A DNA stretch of 54,166 bases, from contig JBMFKU010000009.1 in the NCBI GenBank assembly GCA_049971805.1, forward strand, positions 1 to 54,166. The letters are read 5' to 3'. Source of the DNA: Caldisphaera sp. GTDB lineage: Archaea; Thermoproteota; Thermoprotei_A; Sulfolobales; Acidilobaceae. Shown piece after piece: positions 41,660 to 50,441 of the stretch. Under the pieces are notes generated by a model that was not told the DNA's origin, did no database searches, and saw nothing but the letters and a program-made list of their open reading frames with translations. Every line of letters starts with the position of its first letter. Position 1 is the stretch's first letter. Made by a program: the position numbers and the translations under genes.

Positions 41660-42358
41660 ATGGAAATTTATGTAGGTACATCGGGTTGGATGTACTCATG
41701 GAATTTAGGAAGATCATTAGATTGGTACGTGCAAAAATCTAATTTAAATACTGTTGAATTAAATTCATCATTTTATAGGTTTCCGTATAAAAATCAAATT
41801 AAATCTTGGTCAGAAAAAGGTAAAGATATAAGATGGGCAATAAAAGTTCATAAATCTGTATCACATACACATAGATTAGATAAGAACTCTTATGATGTAT
41901 GGAGCAAATTTATAGATTCATTTAAAGAAATGGATAATATCATAGATTTTTATTTAATACAATTACCACCTTCCTTTGCAAAAAATGAAGAAAATGTTAA
42001 CAGAATTATAGATTTTTCAAGGTTTGCTAATATTAATAAAAGGCTAGCGATTGAATTTAGAAATAATTCTTGGTTTAATGAAGAAACCATAGATTTGTTT
42101 AGAAAGCTTGATATGACAATAGTTAGCATCAGCTCACCGATAGGAGAATTCATTTCTTTATCTAACGATATTATTTATTTAAGGATGCACGGAAAAAATA
42201 AATGGTATTTTTATGAGTATAGTAAAAAAGAACTTAATGAGATAGCAAATAAAATATATAGTTTAAAACCTAAAAAGATTTATGTATATTTTAACAATGA
42301 TCTATGGATGCTCAGCAATGGAATTTATATGTTAAACCTATTAAGATCCTTAAATTAA
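41660..42358 (+). CDS. DUF72 family protein
   Basis: VGTSGW.Y, VELNSSFY..P, QLPPSF, EFR..SW, YLRMHG, YFNND motifs. Confidence 0.92.
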   Translation: MEIYVGTSGWMYSWNLGRSLDWYVQKSNLNTVELNSSFYRFPYKNQIKSWSEKGKDIRWAIKVHKSVSHTHRLDKNSYDVWSKFIDSFKEMDNIIDFYLIQLPPSFAKNEENVNRIIDFSRFANINKRLAIEFRNNSWFNEETIDLFRKLDMTIVSISSPIGEFISLSNDIIYLRMHGKNKWYFYEYSKKELNEIANKIYSLKPKKIYVYFNNDLWMLSNGIYMLNLLRSLN

Positions 42359-43338
42359 AAGTCCGAATAAACAGATATTTTTCCATCTGAAATGTATGCC
42401 CCACAAAATCTGCAAAAGCCATTTTTCATAGGAGACCCGCAAATTGGGCACTTGTTTTCTTTTGCAATTGACCTATCTTTAAATAAACCTAATTGGATAC
42501 CCTTTTTAAACAAATATGCATGTGCATGGGATGTGAAGTCTATTTTATATTTTTCCTTTAAATCTTTGATTTCTTCAATCGTCGTTAATTTCTTCCATAG
42601 GTTTAATAAATTATCTGCTCCACTTCCAGACGTTATAGGGGTTTTATCTCTTAATGCAATATCTTTTAATCCATGCATTAATATAAATTTTCTTAACAAT
42701 AATTTACCATATTTTTTATTATCAATATAATTTATTTTACATTCTAACGGAGTTTTAATTGAAATTTCTTTTACCTTTTTGCTATATAATGGTTGCAATA
42801 AATTGATACCAAAACTCTGTGAAATAGGTTTAGAATTGAAAAATGCATTTCTTATTACATTTTTTAGCCAATTATTAAGGTAGTTTTCTTTCTTATCTAA
42901 AAGAAAATCATAGCCAAAAAATAGCTCATCACCTCCATCACCTGTTGATATACAATTGCAGTTTAATTCCTTGGCTTTCTTTAATCCAAGACATACTGAA
43001 ATGCCTGAAATTATCTCTATTGGATCTATTAGCTTTAATATTTTTAAAACTAAATTTAGGCAATCGTCTATTTCCGGAGAACTAACATCAAAATTAAAGA
43101 CGTTTATTTTCGCACCTATTTTTTCTGCAAAATAATTTATGTAATATTTGTCTTTTGCATCGTTTATTAGCACAGAGATTAGTTTTTGATCAACATTTCT
43201 TTTAAGTAAAGATAATGCTATAAAGGTTGTATCGATACCTCCACTATATAATAAACAATTGCATTTTTTCTCATGTATTGAATTAAAGACAGATTCGGAC
43301 AGTTCATCTGCTATTTTAATGCAATTATCTATATCCAG
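42355..43338 (-). CDS. Asparagine synthetase-like ATP pyrophosphatase (synthetase domain only) with C-terminal zinc ribbon; non-canonical start
   Basis: The frame stays open 55 codons upstream of the tracked GTG (43173) and adds the PP-loop LLYSGGIDT. Also TGDGGDELFFGY, K.LLR, R.K and CPICG...CRFCG. The open frame begins at CTG 43338-43336, directly after GGGGGTGA. Confidence 0.8.
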   Translation of the reverse strand: MDIDNCIKIADELSESVFNSIHEKKCNCLLYSGGIDTTFIALSLLKRNVDQKLISVLINDAKDKYYINYFAEKIGAKINVFNFDVSSPEIDDCLNLVLKILKLIDPIEIISGISVCLGLKKAKELNCNCISTGDGGDELFFGYDFLLDKKENYLNNWLKNVIRNAFFNSKPISQSFGINLLQPLYSKKVKEISIKTPLECKINYIDNKKYGKLLLRKFILMHGLKDIALRDKTPITSGSGADNLLNLWKKLTTIEEIKDLKEKYKIDFTSHAHAYLFKKGIQLGLFKDRSIAKENKCPICGSPMKNGFCRFCGAYISDGKISVYSDF

Positions 43339-43349
43339 TCACCCCCTTT

Positions 43350-44297
43350 TCAATAGATGTATAAAATTGTTAATATAGTAACTACTATTAATATTATATA
43401 TGATAAAGAAATTATCTTTAATGATTTAAATACTTCATTATAGCTAGGTAAAGATCCAGCTCCTAGTTTATATTCTCCAATTTTTTCTAACGATATGTTT
43501 AATGAGCCTGCCATTGCAGACATAGGATTTCCAGCATTTTTGCTTTCAGTTTTTTTTCTGAAATTTTTCCATACTTTTAAAAGATTTCTTATATTATTTC
43601 TTGTAAAAAAAGATGATATTGCAATAATGATGATTGAAAGCCTAGCTGGGATATAGTTTATTATAGTGTCTGTCATGGCACTTGCATAGCCCACATTTAA
43701 GTGCTCCTTGTCTTTAAACCCTAGAGATCCATCTAATGTATTTATGATTCTTTGAATCAAGCTTCCTATAGGTCCTAATAATAAAAGCCAAAATATGGGT
43801 GATAAAACGCTATCAACAAAGCTTTCAGATAGTGATTCAATCGCTGCAGATGCTATATGATTTGCATCTAAGTTTTCTACATTTCTTCTAACAATTTGAC
43901 TAACATTACTTCTTGCGGAAATAAGATCATTTTCTTTGATTGACTCACCAACCTTTTTTACTATATCATAAAGTAGTTTGTAAGAAAAAGATGTTTTTAT
44001 AATATAGGCAGAAGCTATTATCCATAGAATTGGGCTAACTAGTAATGATAAATATAATAATAATGTGTAGATAAGCAAATGACTTAAAACTACTAATATC
44101 CAAATTAAAAGGCCTCTCACCCTTGATGAATAAGGTTTATAGAGCCTTTGTGACATTAAAAAAGAAGTATGAACTGGATGAATTTTTAATAAAAATCCCC
44201 TATGATATGGATATATAACATCTAAAAACAAAGCTAAGAGAAAAGAAGCCATAAAATAATATTTATTAGGAAATAAAAATTTTGGTAGATATAGCAT
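43350..44297 (-). CDS. cbiB: Adenosylcobinamide-phosphate synthase
   Basis: HPV, IV.R, AAIESLSES.VD...SP, INTLD..LG, D...NYIPARL, S.NAG.PM.AMAG.L motifs. Confidence 0.93.
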   Translation of the reverse strand: MLYLPKFLFPNKYYFMASFLLALFLDVIYPYHRGFLLKIHPVHTSFLMSQRLYKPYSSRVRGLLIWILVVLSHLLIYTLLLYLSLLVSPILWIIASAYIIKTSFSYKLLYDIVKKVGESIKENDLISARSNVSQIVRRNVENLDANHIASAAIESLSESFVDSVLSPIFWLLLLGPIGSLIQRIINTLDGSLGFKDKEHLNVGYASAMTDTIINYIPARLSIIIIAISSFFTRNNIRNLLKVWKNFRKKTESKNAGNPMSAMAGSLNISLEKIGEYKLGAGSLPSYNEVFKSLKIISLSYIILIVVTILTILYIY

Positions 44298-45025
44298 TAT
44301 TTAACCACCAATAGAAGGGAAATAATTTCTACTACTTCAATTGTAAAACCTATCACATCTCCATTAGTAAATCCAATCCTCTTTTTTGAATCTCTTATTA
44401 TAATTGGAATAGCCAATAATGATATTTGGGAATAAATCAAAATATAATTTTTAAATAAAAATAGTATCAAAAATAATAAAGCTAAATAAATAATTAAATT
44501 AATGATAAATTTTTTATTATTTTTTGAATTTTTAATAAATAAGCTACCACTTCCATCATAGTTTGGTGCTGTTCCAAAAAATGATATCAGATATGATGAT
44601 TCAAGTCCTGCTAAATATGATAGTAAGATAATTTCATAGCTTTTATCAAAGATAAAAAACAATGAAAGTCTTAATATTATTAAACAGGAAGTAAAAACAA
44701 TGGCAAAGCTACCTTTTCTTGGATCCTTTAAAATTTTCAATGCATCAATACCTGTTTTTCTTGATCCTATCACGTCTGAATAGTCAGCAAATCCGTCTAG
44801 ATGTAAAGCTCCTGTAATTATTATATGAGATATCAATAAGAGAGAGGCATTAATAATTTGGGGGAAAAACAGCAAGTAAGACGCAAGAGATATTATTAAT
44901 CCCTCGATTATGCCAATAATCGGAGATAAATAAAATACTTCTGATGCATCTATCAAACTATTTTGCTTTGTTGGAATAATGGTAAAAAAAGATAATAAGC
45001 TAAGGAACTTTTTTATCTTTTTCAT
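44297..45025 (-). CDS. cobS: Adenosylcobinamide-GDP ribazoletransferase (cobalamin synthase)
   Basis: FFT.IP, TGALHLDGFAD..D, KDPR.G.F, G.TNGDVIG...E motifs. Confidence 0.93.
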   Translation of the reverse strand: MKKIKKFLSLLSFFTIIPTKQNSLIDASEVFYLSPIIGIIEGLIISLASYLLFFPQIINASLLLISHIIITGALHLDGFADYSDVIGSRKTGIDALKILKDPRKGSFAIVFTSCLIILRLSLFFIFDKSYEIILLSYLAGLESSYLISFFGTAPNYDGSGSLFIKNSKNNKKFIINLIIYLALLFLILFLFKNYILIYSQISLLAIPIIIRDSKKRIGFTNGDVIGFTIEVVEIISLLLVVK

Positions 45026-46061
45026 TTAAAACACCATTAATTGCGTCTATTAATTTTATATTATCTCCATGTAATCTAATTGATATCCTTGAATAATTTT
45101 TGTTTAAACCATAAAAAGTAGAAGCATCTCTTATGTATATTCCTTTTTTAATTAGTTCTTTTTTAAATAAAGGATTGGGCATGATTTCATGTTTAATCAA
45201 TAAAAAGGCCGTTCTGCTGTTATAAACCTTTAATTCTTTGTTTAAACTGTTTTCAATAAATTGCCTTTCCTTTTTTATTGTTTTGTTAGCATTATCTATA
45301 TAATTTTTTATAAATTCTTTATTTTTTAAAATTTTAGAATAAAAACAATTAGTTATTGCATCTATAGGCCAGGCTTGTATTGATGATTCTATTTTTTCAA
45401 TAAATTTATAATTTAATGATATAATTTCTCCCAACCTAAAGCCGGGTGTTGAAAAAGTCTTTGTTTGGCTTCTTAGCAAAATGTATTCTTCAGATGGTTT
45501 TAATGGATCACAGTCTGATATTTCTATAAATGCCTCATCTATAATTATATTAACATCTTTATCTAAATTATCGATAATTTCATTTATGTCATTTATTTTT
45601 AAACAAAAACCTATAGGATTATTTGGTCTTGAAAAAATTAATAGTGAAGACCCCTTTAAGCTTTTAATGATTTTAATAATTTTTTCAGTATCAATATAAT
45701 TTTTGTTTTCAATGTCTAAAGTTATTCTAATCAGTTTTGATCTTATTGCATTAGATAGGATTTTATGGTCTCCAAAGTTTGGTTCTATTATTATTAAATT
45801 TTTTGGCCTAAATAAAATTGGAATTAATGATAATGCTTCATCACTTCCGTTTATAGGTATGATGAAATCTTTATTAATATTAAAATAGTTTGATAGATAA
45901 TTTCTAAGCTTATTATATGATGGATATCTCTCATAGGATCTATTTTTTATGCAATTTTCTAAAATTTTTTTTGCTATCTTAGGTGCTCCTAGCGGATTTG
46001 ATGGTGCACTAAAATCCGTTAAGTTTTTATTTTGAGATCCTCCATGAAATCTTTTAATCAT
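45000..46061 (-). CDS. cobD: L-threonine-O-3-phosphate decarboxylase (PLP-dependent)
   Basis: HGG, DFS...NPLG, NG..E, PNNP.G, DEAF, RS.TK.F..PG.RLG motifs; position in the cob operon. Start placed at ATG 46061. Confidence 0.85.
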   Translation of the reverse strand: MIKRFHGGSQNKNLTDFSAPSNPLGAPKIAKKILENCIKNRSYERYPSYNKLRNYLSNYFNINKDFIIPINGSDEALSLIPILFRPKNLIIIEPNFGDHKILSNAIRSKLIRITLDIENKNYIDTEKIIKIIKSLKGSSLLIFSRPNNPIGFCLKINDINEIIDNLDKDVNIIIDEAFIEISDCDPLKPSEEYILLRSQTKTFSTPGFRLGEIISLNYKFIEKIESSIQAWPIDAITNCFYSKILKNKEFIKNYIDNANKTIKKERQFIENSLNKELKVYNSRTAFLLIKHEIMPNPLFKKELIKKGIYIRDASTFYGLNKNYSRISIRLHGDNIKLIDAINGVLNEKDKKVP

Positions 46062-46581
46062 GACAAATCTCCTTGATTTTTTGCAAGTCATATAGTGTAT
46101 TTAAGTTAAATAATTCTTTCTCATAATTCACTTTTATGCTTTTCCATTTATCATAATTGTATCCCTTAAAAATAGATATACCAGTATATTCTCCATGTTT
46201 ATTTAATATAGTTATTAGAGGTTCTCTAAAATTAAGCGATTTGCTAAGTATTTCTATTAATACTTCTTTATTTAAAAAAGGGAAATCGGAAGGTAATATT
46301 AGTATAGGTCTTTTCTTTATTATATTTAATAAGATACTTAAGTCAACAGAATAATTTATACCGGGAGTGTAAATTATTAATGCATTAGTATTTTTTAAAA
46401 TATCAACATATTTTTCTGTGTTTTCTGATATTGCAATTGCTATGAAATCACTTATATAGGAAGCAACCTCCAAAATATTTATGATCATAGGTTTACCACA
46501 AATTTTTGTAAAAGGCTTGTAGCTTGAATTAAATCTAGTCCCTTTTCCTCCAGCCATTATTATGCTTATAGGAATCCTCAT
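46054..46581 (-). CDS. cobY: Adenosylcobinamide-phosphate guanylyltransferase
   Basis: IMAGGKGTR, KP, G.NY..DL, SD.P, N.NT..DL motifs; position in the cob operon. Confidence 0.85.
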   Translation of the reverse strand: MRIPISIIMAGGKGTRFNSSYKPFTKICGKPMIINILEVASYISDFIAIAISENTEKYVDILKNTNALIIYTPGINYSVDLSILLNIIKKRPILILPSDFPFLNKEVLIEILSKSLNFREPLITILNKHGEYTGISIFKGYNYDKWKSIKVNYEKELFNLNTLYDLQKIKEICHD

Positions 46582-47681
46582 TGGTTACCACCAAATAAAT
46601 AATCATAAATTTTTGATAATGCAGAACCTATTAAGGCAGAAGCAATATCATCTTCAAACATTGGCAATCTAGATATAGACAAATTAAGCCTATCTTTTGA
46701 TGAGTCAACCCAATATGTTGCAGTTAATCCCTTAAAGCCAGACAAATATATGCTTAATGATGAAGCCAAAGCCTCATCAGCAATTATCCTCTTCGTGTCT
46801 TTTTCATACTCTTCTTTAGCTAAAAAAGGGAAAGTATTGCTCTCTCCTCTTAAATCTATTTCTCTTGCTGCAATAATAAAAGACCAAACATTTGGATCAT
46901 TTAAGAAATTGTTTATTTGATGTTTGATCAATATTCTGATATTATTTATATCCTTCCCAGGAACAGGGGCTAACTGATACAATTTTATAGCTTCTTCAAC
47001 TAAACCATTTATATCTAGTCCTAACGATCTTTTTAGCAACTCATCTTTTTCTTTGTTTTCTTCGAATGAAATGAGGGTTTCATGTATTAACCTTGATATA
47101 TAATTGCCATGCTTTGTCGACAATCCACTCCACATATATCCATTTTTACTTATTTTTGCTGCAACTGTTATTCCATCGCTTGATGTACCAGATGACCTTG
47201 ATTTGCACCTTATTAATAAATCGCTTGCAGAAAGGCATTTAGATTCAGTAACTGTTCTAAATAAATCTAATAATCCGCTGAATGTCAGCTCATGATTGAG
47301 CCACGCTATTATATTTATTGTTCCTTTTTCAGCGTTAAATAAATTTTCTTGATATATGCAGTTTGGAATTTCAAAACTAGCAGTTATTAAAACTCCACCC
47401 ATTTCTCTTTCTTTAATCTTATAATTTTTTATATTAACAGATGTAGCCATTACTGGAACTTCATTGCTTAAACCCAATGAAGATATAACATTTTCTCTAA
47501 ACAATTTGAAGTCATTTATTTTTATATTTTCATTAACTTGAGATATTACAACCTTATCGCTTTCAGTTATGCCATCTATATATGAAGTTGAAAGCATGTG
47601 CATTTTATTTTCAAATTTTATTAATAAATTATTTTTAATTGTTTCAATTTTTACCAATCTTTTCAAGCCTCTCATATTCAT
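46578..47681 (-). CDS. cbiS: Bifunctional adenosylcobinamide amidohydrolase (CbiZ) / alpha-ribazole phosphatase (CobZ) fusion
   Basis: N-terminal half has GTINI, TE.K, SGT.SD (CbiZ). C-terminal half has DPNV, ADE, Y..G.KG, LP.F.DD (archaeal CobZ). Confidence 0.82.
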   Translation of the reverse strand: MNMRGLKRLVKIETIKNNLLIKFENKMHMLSTSYIDGITESDKVVISQVNENIKINDFKLFRENVISSLGLSNEVPVMATSVNIKNYKIKEREMGGVLITASFEIPNCIYQENLFNAEKGTINIIAWLNHELTFSGLLDLFRTVTESKCLSASDLLIRCKSRSSGTSSDGITVAAKISKNGYMWSGLSTKHGNYISRLIHETLISFEENKEKDELLKRSLGLDINGLVEEAIKLYQLAPVPGKDINNIRILIKHQINNFLNDPNVWSFIIAAREIDLRGESNTFPFLAKEEYEKDTKRIIADEALASSLSIYLSGFKGLTATYWVDSSKDRLNLSISRLPMFEDDIASALIGSALSKIYDYLFGGNQ

Positions 47682-48663
47682 TATAAATAAATTTCTTTAT
47701 TTGGCTATTGTCAAATCCCAGCATCTTGGCTAATATTAGTGTGCCCCCTGCTCCCACACCTTCTTTTACATAACCTTCTTCATAAAGCTTTAAGCCGTCA
47801 TATTTTGAATCACGAAAATCAAGATCTGATGAGATAATTTCTACATTGTTTATTTGTTTTAATAATGAAACTATGTTGGAGTCTTTATCGTTAATTATCC
47901 ACTTTGTAGTTGCTACCTTTATTTTATTATTAAATAAACCCAATTTAGTTAAAATTGAAATTACTGCACCCATCTGGGTACCTCCTGATAACAAGACGAT
48001 ACGAGAGTTCTTAGATGAGCCAAAAGCAATTCCAGCTAAAGCTATGTGAACTGGGTCTCCAACTTCATCAACTATATAAAAAACATCATTTATTTCTTTC
48101 TTTATTCTTTTCAGTGCATCTTTAACAACAATTCTTTTCAATTCCTTAGGATTGTTTGGTGATGTACTGCTTACGAGATCTATGGCTTCATAACCCAAAC
48201 CCTCCATTATTGCTGATGCTGTTGTAGTACCACCGGGTATGCTTTCTCCAATTAAAACAACATCATGATTTCTTGATATTATTTCACCCAATTTAATGGA
48301 TTCATAAAATATTGATTTAGCAGTTCCATATTTTAATGCGTTTTTCCCCTTTATATTGCTTCCGGGCATGGCGTTTGGTAATAAAATATGTGGTACCTTC
48401 AGCTTATAAAAAAGACCCGAATCTACAACAAAAAACGGTATGCAAATGTTTTCTAATACACTCCTTGTTATAACTGCTGGAGTTGGTAGACCTTCAGGTG
48501 TTACTGGTATTTCTTTTTTAGTTATAGGCAAACCATTAACTAAATACTCTAAATCTAACGTCGGTGTATATAATGTATCTTTGTTTGAAGAACCTGCTAT
48601 GCTTATCCCCTCTATGGTAGAGGTCTCTGTTGATCCTCCAACATAAACACCAATTGCATTCAT
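47644..48663 (-). CDS. cobT: Archaeal nicotinate-nucleotide:base phosphoribosyltransferase CobT
   Basis: T..I.GIS.AG, TP.LD.E, PTPAVIT, GESIPGGTTTA, GDP, GGTQM, YEEG.VKEGVGAGG motifs. Confidence 0.9.
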   Translation of the reverse strand: MNAIGVYVGGSTETSTIEGISIAGSSNKDTLYTPTLDLEYLVNGLPITKKEIPVTPEGLPTPAVITRSVLENICIPFFVVDSGLFYKLKVPHILLPNAMPGSNIKGKNALKYGTAKSIFYESIKLGEIISRNHDVVLIGESIPGGTTTASAIMEGLGYEAIDLVSSTSPNNPKELKRIVVKDALKRIKKEINDVFYIVDEVGDPVHIALAGIAFGSSKNSRIVLLSGGTQMGAVISILTKLGLFNNKIKVATTKWIINDKDSNIVSLLKQINNVEIISSDLDFRDSKYDGLKLYEEGYVKEGVGAGGTLILAKMLGFDNSQIKKFIYNEYERLEKIGKN

Positions 48664-48772
48664 TTTATTTTCCCAATTGGATAGGGTAGCCAGTAATATT
48701 TATAGATTGTTTAATTGCTTTAAAATAAAATATAATTATATTTTATTTACTCAAATAATTATTTAATAATAT

Positions 48773-49078
48773 TTACTCAATTATCATTATATTTTCAGAT
48801 TGAAAACCAAATTTTATCAAAATTTCTTTAACTTTTTTTCTATGATCTCCCTGTAGCTCTATCCTACCATCTTTATATGTTCCCCCTGCTGCCAATTCGC
48901 TTTTAAGTTTCGAGGCAAGTTCTTTATAATTAACTTGCTTTTCGTCGATCCCTTCAATAACAGTAACTTGCTTACCAAATCTTCTTGTTTCCAATCTTAT
49001 TTTTATAATTTGTTCCTCAGTAGCTAATTGTTCGCATATTTCAGGTGGAAGACCTCCACAATCAACATTTTTCGACAT
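48773..49078 (-). CDS. sui1: Translation initiation factor aIF-1 (SUI1)
   Basis: GLP.E.C, RRFGK.VT.IEG, LKS.LA.GGT, IELQGDH motifs. Start placed at ATG 49078 downstream of GAGGTGG. Confidence 0.94.
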   Translation of the reverse strand: MSKNVDCGGLPPEICEQLATEEQIIKIRLETRRFGKQVTVIEGIDEKQVNYKELASKLKSELAAGGTYKDGRIELQGDHRKKVKEILIKFGFQSENIMIIE

Positions 49079-49170
49079 GGGCTTTTTTTGCCACCTCACA
49101 ATTTCTATTATATTAAAGATTAATCTAGGAATATAAACCTTGCTTTGCAAATTTCTTTTAGGGGCTATAA

Positions 49171-49428
49171 ATGTCTGAGTTTAATAATTCGGATGAGCTA
49201 AATAAAGAAGGCGAAGAAACAAGTTTGCAAGAAGAATACTCTGGTCCTCTTTATGGTATATCCGAAAGGGAAGTATATTATATGTGTTTAAATTGCGGTT
49301 ATAAAATAAGCAAATCAGAGCTTGATCAATATCATAGCATGATTTGCCCTAAATGCGGTTATAGGATATTTGTTAAGCTAAGAGCACCCCCGACTCTTGT
49401 TAAGCCAAGAAAGGTTGATGCAATTTAA
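49171..49428 (+). CDS. rpoP: DNA-directed RNA polymerase subunit P (Rpo12)
   Basis: Y.C..CG...CP.CGYRIF.K.R.P....V.AI pattern; acidic N-terminal extension. Confidence 0.88.
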   Translation: MSEFNNSDELNKEGEETSLQEEYSGPLYGISEREVYYMCLNCGYKISKSELDQYHSMICPKCGYRIFVKLRAPPTLVKPRKVDAI

Positions 49429-49440
49429 TTATGTGTTTGA

Positions 49441-50361
49441 TTATGTGTTGTTTTCTTTGTTTTCAATGTAATTTTTCATTATTATTTCATTGATTAATTT
49501 TGCTCCTAAAGCTGCTGTAATATCGTTTGAATCGTATGGTGGAGAAACTTCTACTACATCAGCTCCTATAAGCCTTTTATCGACTAATTGATTTACTATG
49601 CTAAGCCCTTCAACATTATTTATCCCCCCGGGCTCCGGATTTCCTACTCCTGGAGCAAACGATGGATCAAAGCCATCCATATCTATTGATAGATAAATAT
49701 ACTTGCAATCCGATAAGAATCTTTTTATTGTATTTATTGTATTTAATATGCCTAAGCGATATATATCTGATGGCTTTAAGGTATTTATGTTATTTTTCGA
49801 TAATGCATAGTTCCTCTCTTCTTTAGAGTAAGCCCTTACTCCTAAATAATTTATTTTAGTCAGCCCAAGAATTTCTAAATTTCTTCTCATGACAGAAGCA
49901 TGTCCGAGCTTTAATCCCAAATAATCATCTCTCAAATCATAATGTGCATCTATGACTATTAGGCAAGGTGAAATATTTAACGCCTTTTTAATACCTCTTA
50001 AAACGCCATAGGTTATTGTATGTTCCCCTCCTAATACGATAGGTATTTTATTTTCTTTAACTATTTCAGAGGTAATCGAAGTGACTCTATTCATGGTTTC
50101 ATTTATATCACCAATAACTGGTGTTATATCACCTTCATCATCTATTCCAATATCTTCTAGATAGATATCAGAAAAATAGCTATTGGATTCTAAAGATGAT
50201 GCTGCTTGTCTTATTGAGTCGGGTCCAAACCTAGTTCCAGGCTTATATGATGTAGAAGAATCAAATGGTACCCCAAATATGACGTATTTTGATTTCTTAT
50301 TGGTTTCAAGGCCTGCATAGTTTCTAGACGACTTTGATAAGTAGATTTCCTTTAAGCTCAT
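49441..50361 (-). CDS. speB: Agmatinase (ureohydrolase family)
   Basis: GVPFD, PGTRFGP..IR, GGEH, DAHYD, SIDMD..DP..APG.G.PEPGG, DVVEV.P motifs. Confidence 0.92.
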   Translation of the reverse strand: MSLKEIYLSKSSRNYAGLETNKKSKYVIFGVPFDSSTSYKPGTRFGPDSIRQAASSLESNSYFSDIYLEDIGIDDEGDITPVIGDINETMNRVTSITSEIVKENKIPIVLGGEHTITYGVLRGIKKALNISPCLIVIDAHYDLRDDYLGLKLGHASVMRRNLEILGLTKINYLGVRAYSKEERNYALSKNNINTLKPSDIYRLGILNTINTIKRFLSDCKYIYLSIDMDGFDPSFAPGVGNPEPGGINNVEGLSIVNQLVDKRLIGADVVEVSPPYDSNDITAALGAKLINEIIMKNYIENKENNT

Positions 50362-50441
50362 TTTTTCTCCCTAGAAAAAATGTATAACAATTTAAATAAA
50401 AGTTTTGGTCAGTATAGCATAGAAAGAATAGGTGGAGCTAA

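Noticed and set aside
48664-48772. Cobalamin riboswitch upstream of cobT
   Set aside because: The region is short and extremely AT-rich, with no B12-box or paired structure.
49079-49150. N-terminal extension of aIF-1 suggested by the ORF track (TTG 49150)
   Set aside because: The RBS lies just upstream of ATG 49078, and the extension overlaps the shared divergent promoter region.
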